Position numbers and translations under genes: made by a program. The notes beneath the pieces were generated by a model, which was not told the DNA's origin, searched no databases, and saw only the letters and a program-made list of their open reading frames with translations. DNA of 64,000 bases from a virus. The stretch covers positions 28,213 to 92,212 of IMG/VR virus record IMGVR_UViG_3300042330_000433, one strand, 5' to 3'. This document shows, piece after piece, positions 59,097 to 64,000 of this stretch; positions within the stretch are counted from its first letter, which is position 1, and each line of letters starts with the position of its first letter.

Positions 59097-59551
59097 TATT
59101 CTTCAGTTTCTTCTTCTGGAGTTTCAACAATAACTTTACCAGCTTCTTGAAACGCACCAAAATATTCTTTAGTTAAAGAATCAACACCTTCAATTTTAGC
59201 AAACAATTTTGCAGCAGATTGGTTGAATTCTTTTTTCTTAGCAACTTCTAAAGCATCAAGTTTTTTTCTTTCTTCAGTTAAAGAATTGTTAAGAGCAACA
59301 TAACCTTTTAAAAGAGTTTTTAAACCTTCTTTAACTTCTTGTTTAGTTGCAGCACTTTCTTCAGCAAAAAGTTCTTTTACTAAATCATAAGTGTCATCAC
59401 CATCGTTATTTGACAATTTTACCTTTCTAACAGGTTTTAAATTTTCATCTCCTTTAACAATTGCTGTTAATTTTTTTACAGTTTGGTTAAATCCTTCTAA
59501 TACTTTTTTAGCTTCTTTACCTTGTTCTGCGTTTTGATCTTGTGTATTCAT
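59096..59551 (-). CDS. Coiled-coil hypothetical protein
   Basis: 151 aa helical ORF. Confidence 0.65.
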   Translation of the reverse strand: MNTQDQNAEQGKEAKKVLEGFNQTVKKLTAIVKGDENLKPVRKVKLSNNDGDDTYDLVKELFAEESAATKQEVKEGLKTLLKGYVALNNSLTEERKKLDALEVAKKKEFNQSAAKLFAKIEGVDSLTKEYFGAFQEAGKVIVETPEEETEE

Positions 59552-59560
59552 TTTGTTTTT

Positions 59561-60013
59561 TTAAAATGTTATTTGTTCTATTTTTTTGTAATCTACTACA
59601 TTATTAAGATTTTTAATTTCTGTAAAATCTTTAACTTTTAATGTTTCATCTATAATTGGATGCAAATCATTAAATTTTATGAAATCATAACTTTTAATAT
59701 AATCATTTAAATCTTTAGATAACTTACTTCTAAGAAGTTGATAATTATCTAAATTTAAATCAATATTAATTAATTTATGATTATAAACAGTACATACGGG
59801 ATAGTTTTTTCTAATGTATTCATTATACATTATCCATCCATATTTTTGTTTAAAAAATTTTGAAAAATATGTTCTAAATAAAGATAATCTATCATTATAG
59901 TCATCTTTTTTATCATTTATTTTCCAATTGTGTAATACTTTATTAACTTCTAATATAGTATTCTCGACAATAAACTGATAGTTACTATTGTCAAATGAAA
60001 CATTTTGTTCCAT
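59561..60013 (-). CDS. Hypothetical protein
   Basis: 150 aa ORF. Confidence 0.55.
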   Translation of the reverse strand: MEQNVSFDNSNYQFIVENTILEVNKVLHNWKINDKKDDYNDRLSLFRTYFSKFFKQKYGWIMYNEYIRKNYPVCTVYNHKLINIDLNLDNYQLLRSKLSKDLNDYIKSYDFIKFNDLHPIIDETLKVKDFTEIKNLNNVVDYKKIEQITF

Positions 60014-60018
60014 AATTT

Positions 60019-60192
60019 TTACAATTCAAAAGATATTGCACCTAAATCGTGCATGGTATCTTTAAATACTTCGTTAATCTGCTCTTGAGATCTTGCGCGA
60101 CCTTTTTCATTAACAAGTACTTGATTATTAATACCACTTACTTGTTTTGTACCATCAGCAAAGTGATAGGTTACAGTACTTAATTCGTTCAT
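60019..60192 (-). CDS. Small hypothetical protein (57 aa, not in the ORF track)
   Basis: MNELSTVTYHFADGTKQVSGINNQVLVNEKGRARSQEQINEVFKDTMHDLGAISFEL. Confidence 0.6.
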   Translation of the reverse strand: MNELSTVTYHFADGTKQVSGINNQVLVNEKGRARSQEQINEVFKDTMHDLGAISFEL

Positions 60193-60221
60193 AAATTAAA
60201 TTTGTTATTAATTAGTTAAAA

Positions 60222-60298
60222 AACCTCTCTTACAGCGCTCCTATGGAATTACCCAATGGTCTGTCAGCAGGTATGCTTCAGGGTTTCTGAGAGAGGTT
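60222..60298 (-). ncRNA. GC-rich multibranch structured RNA candidate
   Basis: AACCTCTCT/AGAGAGGTT closing stem, inner CAG/CTG and CCTG/TAGG stems, two hairpins, followed by a T run. Confidence 0.5.
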
Positions 60299-60341
60299 AA
60301 ATTTATATAGATACTTTAAACCCTTGTTCTCTATATATATT

Positions 60342-60668
60342 TTATGCAGTTACAGCTACTCTAACTGCATTGACCGCATTAACTGCATTCACACGTAATG
60401 GAGATTTGATTTGTTGTTTAAAATCATTCCACATTTCCGTTCTTTGTTGTCTTGGTACAAGACTAATGTCTTCACCATTTTCATTTTTAGCAATCAAGTG
60501 ATTCATACTTTTTCTAAAAGCTAAAAATCTACCAATTTGTTTTTCTTTTACATCTCCGTGACGAACTTTTGTAGTTCTTGAGATAATTTCTTGGTCACCA
60601 TTAATAATGTGACATGTTGTAGCATTGTTTTTGTAGCTCCAACGAACTGATAATCCACCTAAATTCAT
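60342..60668 (-). CDS. Hypothetical protein
   Basis: HGD...IGRFLAF; C-terminal (VNA)3 repeat. Confidence 0.6.
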   Translation of the reverse strand: MNLGGLSVRWSYKNNATTCHIINGDQEIISRTTKVRHGDVKEKQIGRFLAFRKSMNHLIAKNENGEDISLVPRQQRTEMWNDFKQQIKSPLRVNAVNAVNAVRVAVTA

Positions 60669-60702
60669 AATAATTAATTTTAATTGTTGTTTTTATTTTA
60701 TT

Positions 60703-60894
60703 TTATTTTTTGTTAGATGTATAATGTATCCATATAAATAATATGAATAATAACCAAAATACTAATATTCCTATTGGTAATAATATTGGACATAATACCC
60801 AGAACCAATTCCATTCAATGATATTTGTTAATTTTAAAAAAACAAATAATACTGTTAGAGCTAATAAAAACTCTGTGTCTAATTTAAATATCAT
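60703..60894 (-). CDS. Small membrane protein (transmembrane Fragile-X-F-like)
   Basis: FVFLKLTNIIEWNWFWVLCPI. Confidence 0.7.
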   Translation of the reverse strand: MIFKLDTEFLLALTVLFVFLKLTNIIEWNWFWVLCPILLPIGILVFWLLFILFIWIHYTSNKK

Positions 60895-60920
60895 AATTTT
60901 TATTTTTAATTGTTAGTTTG

Positions 60921-61025
60921 TGACCAATGCAGACTCGAACTGCACTTCCGTTCCATTCTAATAGAGCATATAAATTTGGACAATATATACTTCTAAACCA
61001 GAGAGGTTACTCATACCTTTGGTCG
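60921..61025 (-). ncRNA. tRNA-like element C (expanded centre)
   Basis: GACCAA/TTGGTC acceptor, AGGT/ACCT hairpin, perfect TGCAG-TTCGAGT-CTGCA T-arm, about 60 nt non-canonical middle. Confidence 0.65.
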
Positions 61026-61041
61026 GTATTGTTAAGAAATT

Positions 61042-61678
61042 TTATAAATATTTAAAAGTTGTATTATTTTTATGATATGTTTTATTAGGATTTAATTTAC
61101 CTAATAAAGTATAATAATTTATATTAAATATTTCTGAAACTTCTTTTACTGAATTGTAAACTATATTAGTATCAGTATTAATTACTTTTTTACAAACATA
61201 TTTATTAGTTTCATTTTTTTTTAAATTTTGTATTTAAACCATTTTTTATTTTTCTTTTATATATTTTATTTAAAGAATTTTTATTTCTAGTATTGATCAT
61301 TTTTTGGATAGATTCTTCAGATAATGATTTATAAATTCTTTTAGATAATTTTAAACCTTTACTAATTTTTAATTTAGTTTCTTCAGATAATTTACCCGAT
61401 TTATCATCAGTATTTGTTAATTTACAATTTAAACCAATATTTAAAACATCATAATAATCTTGATAATATCTTTCTTTTTCATTTAATTCTTTAATATCAC
61501 ATTCTTCAATTATTTCAAATTGATGATTTTCAACACCGTATTTTAAAAATGAACGATATAATACAGTTTGTTTTTTACATTCTAAAGATTTATATTTTTT
61601 AATTCTTTTTTCATAATTAATTGTTTGTCCTATATAAATTTTATTACTAGGACTTGTTATTTTATATATTCCTATCAT
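61042..61678 (-). pseudogene. GIY-YIG homing endonuclease frameshifted at an A9 run
   Basis: MIGIYKITSPSNKIYIGQT from 61678; stop at 61211; NUMOD1-like KKVINTDTNIVYNSVKEVS continues in the +1 frame to 61042. Confidence 0.75.
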
Positions 61679-61717
61679 AATTATTGTATTTGATTCATAA
61701 TACGAATTGATAAAAAT

Positions 61718-61757
61718 AAAAAAAAACTGAAGGATATAACTAAATATACCCTCCAGC
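61718..61757 (-). terminator. Intrinsic terminator downstream of the tRNA-like array
   Basis: GCTGGAGGGTATA...TATATCCTTCAGT plus long T run; G-U pairs form only on the - strand. Confidence 0.8.
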
Positions 61758-61794
61758 AACTAACTAAAATAAACTATTATGAAAATCTATTTGA

Positions 61795-61862
61795 GCTGGT
61801 AGAGGGAGTCGAACCCCACTCAATACTAATGAAAGCATTCAGAACATTCTCATTGTACCAGT
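61795..61862 (-). ncRNA. tRNA-like element D
   Basis: CTGGTA/TACCAG acceptor; GGGG-TTCGACT-CCCT T-arm; one long hairpin AATGAGA...TTTCATT in place of the D and anticodon arms. Confidence 0.65.
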
Positions 61863-61886
61863 CACTCGAAAGAGTATTTTAATAGT

Positions 61887-61960
61887 TGTGAGTGTAGGAG
61901 TCGAACCTACATTCCCCAATATAGAACATATTGTGGTCTTACCTATTAGAAGAACTCACG
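61887..61960 (-). ncRNA. tRNA-like element E (cloverleaf with aberrant anticodon arm; possible pseudo-tRNA)
   Basis: GTGAGT/ACTCAC acceptor; TCT-AATAGGTA-AGA D-arm; extended CAATAT-GTTCT-ATATTG arm without U33/R37; GTAGG-TTCGACT-CCTAC. Confidence 0.7.
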
Positions 61961-61966
61961 TGGGTT

Positions 61967-62023
61967 ATTTAAATATAGGATTTCAACCTTGTACGAACAA
62001 ATGCACCTTGCTAATATTTAAAT
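61967..62023 (-). ncRNA. tRNA-like element F (minimal)
   Basis: ATTTAAATAT/ATATTTAAAT stem; TAG; CAA-GGTGCAT-TTG hairpin; AGG-TTGAAAT-CCT. Confidence 0.45.
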
Positions 62024-62026
62024 GTG

Positions 62027-62092
62027 TAATAATAAGTGTGAGGAATCAAACTTCACATGCGTGGACTTTACATTTAAGTGAACTTATTATTA
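62027..62092 (-). ncRNA. tRNA-like element G (no anticodon arm)
   Basis: 11-bp stem TAATAATAAGT/ACTTATTATTA; ACTT-AAATGTA-AAGT; 8-nt linker; GTGAAG-TTTGATT-CCTCAC. Confidence 0.55.
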
Positions 62093-62131
62093 AGAGTTTG
62101 CACTATTGATGGCTGTGCTTCCAATATGTTT

Positions 62132-62434
62132 TTATTCACATTCAGGACACATTGTTTCGTAATATTTTGTATATAAACGAATTGTATCTCTTTTAGAATA
62201 AATAAAAGGTATATTACTTTTAACTGCAGTAATTTGATATGTTGATTTTTTTACATACCATTTGTTTAAATCAGCATTAATTAACAAACTACTTTTTTGT
62301 TCATTAGTTAATAAATTATGTCTTTTATAATATGTATAAACATATTCAGATTTAAAATACCAACCAAATAATATTATTCCTAAAAATAAACTAATTACTA
62401 AATATTTTATATTTTCCATAATTCTTTGTAACAC
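62132..62434 (-). CDS. Membrane-anchored hypothetical protein
   Basis: N-terminal hydrophobic helix; C-terminal CPEC. Confidence 0.55.
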   Translation of the reverse strand: MLQRIMENIKYLVISLFLGIILFGWYFKSEYVYTYYKRHNLLTNEQKSSLLINADLNKWYVKKSTYQITAVKSNIPFIYSKRDTIRLYTKYYETMCPECE

Positions 62435-63342
62435 TCTGCAGGTTTTCTAATTATAAAATATAATACAAAAAATAATAATGACTGAATTATTACAGGTGCT
62501 ATATAACCAAAACTATATAACCAAGTAGTTAATAAAATTAAAATCATTATAAAATAAAAACTAATATTTTTATTTATAACTTTTTCAGAATTATAACTTT
62601 TATCTCTGATAGTATATTCTTTTTGATAATCTATATTTGTTAGAAAATAATTATATTTTCTAATATCAGAATATGATTTACCCCAAGAGTGTATTTCTAA
62701 AAATACATCATTTTCTGAAATATATCTAGAATCATCATTTTCTCTATAAAATAGAGTACAACAATTATTTTTTTTACTACCATCAAATGATTCTCTAGGA
62801 GCCATAATGAACCAATTTGAAACACCTGTTTTAATTTTAGATTTAATTACAGTTTTTGAAGGTTTAACTTCATATTCTTCTTCAATTTGTATTGGATCAC
62901 CAAATCTGTCTTTTTCAAAATTCCCATCACTGCTTTTTTTGTAAACTTTTCTTGTTTCCATTTTAGCAGGAATAATTGATTTATAATTATGTTCTGCAAT
63001 AAAATTTTGAATTATTTCAGGTAAACCTTCAAAAGGTGAACCTTTATAATTAGAAGCTCTTGAAATTACTAAATCATATTCATTACAAAGCTTTTTAATA
63101 TCTGAACCTAAAAAAGCTGGTTTGTTAAAAAGAATAGCAGATTGTTTTTTAGAATTTTTAACATTAACTTCTTGCGAAACTTTATCAATATGTTCATTTA
63201 AACCAATTGTTCTTAGAATTTCTAAATTTTCTTTTGGTTTATCTAATAATAACAATGTATCCTTATCATTTTTTGATTTAAAGATAAGGTCTTCTTTACC
63301 AGCATATCTGTCAAGTAAAGAACTGTTTCTATTTTTTAACAT
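62407..63342 (-). CDS. Hypothetical protein with C-terminal transmembrane helices
   Basis: 311 aa; FIMAP, IHSWG, two hydrophobic segments. Confidence 0.6.
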   Translation of the reverse strand: MLKNRNSSLLDRYAGKEDLIFKSKNDKDTLLLLDKPKENLEILRTIGLNEHIDKVSQEVNVKNSKKQSAILFNKPAFLGSDIKKLCNEYDLVISRASNYKGSPFEGLPEIIQNFIAEHNYKSIIPAKMETRKVYKKSSDGNFEKDRFGDPIQIEEEYEVKPSKTVIKSKIKTGVSNWFIMAPRESFDGSKKNNCCTLFYRENDDSRYISENDVFLEIHSWGKSYSDIRKYNYFLTNIDYQKEYTIRDKSYNSEKVINKNISFYFIMILILLTTWLYSFGYIAPVIIQSLLFFVLYFIIRKPAECYKELWKI

Positions 63343-63344
63343 AA

Positions 63345-63962
63345 CTATTTAATTGTTTTACCTAATTCTACTAATTGTCTTAACGCACCAAATTCTGGAT
63401 TAAAGAATCCTGTAATCATAGCTTCAAAATGAATAAAACTAAAATAACCTAATATTAAAGAGCTAACTCCTAAAATAATACATGGTATAATATTCTTACT
63501 TTTTGTAATACCTGATTCATCTAAATCTGTATCAGAATATTTATCATAAGCTTGCCAAAATCTATATACTGAATAAAAAAATAATAATTCACAAAATAAA
63601 TAACATATTGACCATACTCTTTGTTGATATACTAATAAATTCCAGCTATATAAAGAAACATCTTTAATTGTATTATAAATTTCTTTCATAGCGGCTTTTG
63701 CATCAGGTGCAACTGATTTTACATCATTGTACATAGTAGAAATACCATTTTTAGTGTCACCATAAACAGTACTTACACCATTTGATGTTTGACCCAAGAA
63801 AGATTTGTTTGTTTCTTTAACAGAAGATGTAGCAGCATTTAAACTGTTTTGTGTTTTAGTTAAAGCACTTTCAATTGGTTGAATAATAGTATTAGTTTTT
63901 TCTGTTGCAGTAACTAATAATGTTTGGATTAATAATAATCCGAGTAAAATGAATTTTTTCAT
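63345..63962 (-). CDS. Membrane protein with signal peptide
   Basis: MKKFILLGLLLIQ; two later hydrophobic helices; FFNPEFGAL. Confidence 0.65.
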   Translation of the reverse strand: MKKFILLGLLLIQTLLVTATEKTNTIIQPIESALTKTQNSLNAATSSVKETNKSFLGQTSNGVSTVYGDTKNGISTMYNDVKSVAPDAKAAMKEIYNTIKDVSLYSWNLLVYQQRVWSICYLFCELLFFYSVYRFWQAYDKYSDTDLDESGITKSKNIIPCIILGVSSLILGYFSFIHFEAMITGFFNPEFGALRQLVELGKTIK

Positions 63963-64000
63963 AATGTTTAATTTAATTGTTTATTAATTTTGTTTATAAT

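Noticed and set aside
60222-60298. Hammerhead, twister or HDV-like/theta ribozyme
   Set aside because: I could not find the conserved cores or the required pseudoknots by eye.
60360-60395. 9-bp tandem repeat encoding (VNA)3
   Set aside because: Short degenerate coding microrepeat with no further structure.
61887-61960. Functional tRNA-Glu(TTC)
   Set aside because: The anticodon stem is over-extended, U33 and purine 37 are absent and 1:72 is mismatched; reported as tRNA-like instead.
61888-62109. + strand 73-aa ORF, and the 61759-61679 N-terminal extension of the GIY-YIG ORF
   Set aside because: They overlap structured RNA elements and a terminator; the GIY-YIG paralogs start at MIGIYK.
942-63352. 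Short antisense ORFs in the track (e.g. 942-1136, 8533-8757, 11015-11314, 30756-31076, 45414-45824, 63122-63352)
   Set aside because: They are shadows of well-supported genes on the opposite strand and have no motifs.
1-64000. Stop-codon reassignment (TAG or TGA) as in some crAss-like phages
   Set aside because: Genes up to 7.5 kb are uninterrupted in the standard code; only one internal TGA was seen, in a gene that is also frameshifted.

Overview
64 kb of a very AT-rich crAss-like (Crassvirales, phi14:2-type) phage genome. The host is probably a Bacteroidota (Flavobacteriaceae-like) bacterium, judged from TTG-N20-TAnnTTTG promoters. The standard genetic code applies. The + strand (1-27462) is the late virion module: ring/tail proteins, an IHF-like protein, the muzzle/stabilization protein, a GIY-YIG endonuclease and five ejection/cargo proteins, including a 2493-aa virion RNA polymerase (DFDVD motif). 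A bidirectional terminator at about 27470-27505 separates it from a - strand module. That module carries replication and nucleotide genes (ThyX, dNTP pyrophosphatases, SF2 helicase, NrdAB, PD-(D/E)XK nuclease, resolvase, UDG-like, primase, SSB, AAA ATPase, DnaB-like helicase, family B polymerase), a phiEco32-like peptide-ligase cluster, homing endonucleases and small accessory genes. Most notable observations: (1) seven tRNA-shaped non-coding elements that keep the acceptor stem and T-arm but lack or remodel the anticodon arm, four of them in a tandem array with its own terminator; (2) terminal cysteines on otherwise Cys-poor ejection proteins, placed as for a head-to-tail disulfide chain; (3) an expanded amidoligase cluster whose Ntn amidotransferase has a hydrophobic propeptide; (4) an integron-cassette-like HAD gene next to a truncated nadV; (5) an HNH gene ending in a second copy of the NrdA CxxC tail. 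All calls come from motif recognition by eye; no searches or folding programs were run.
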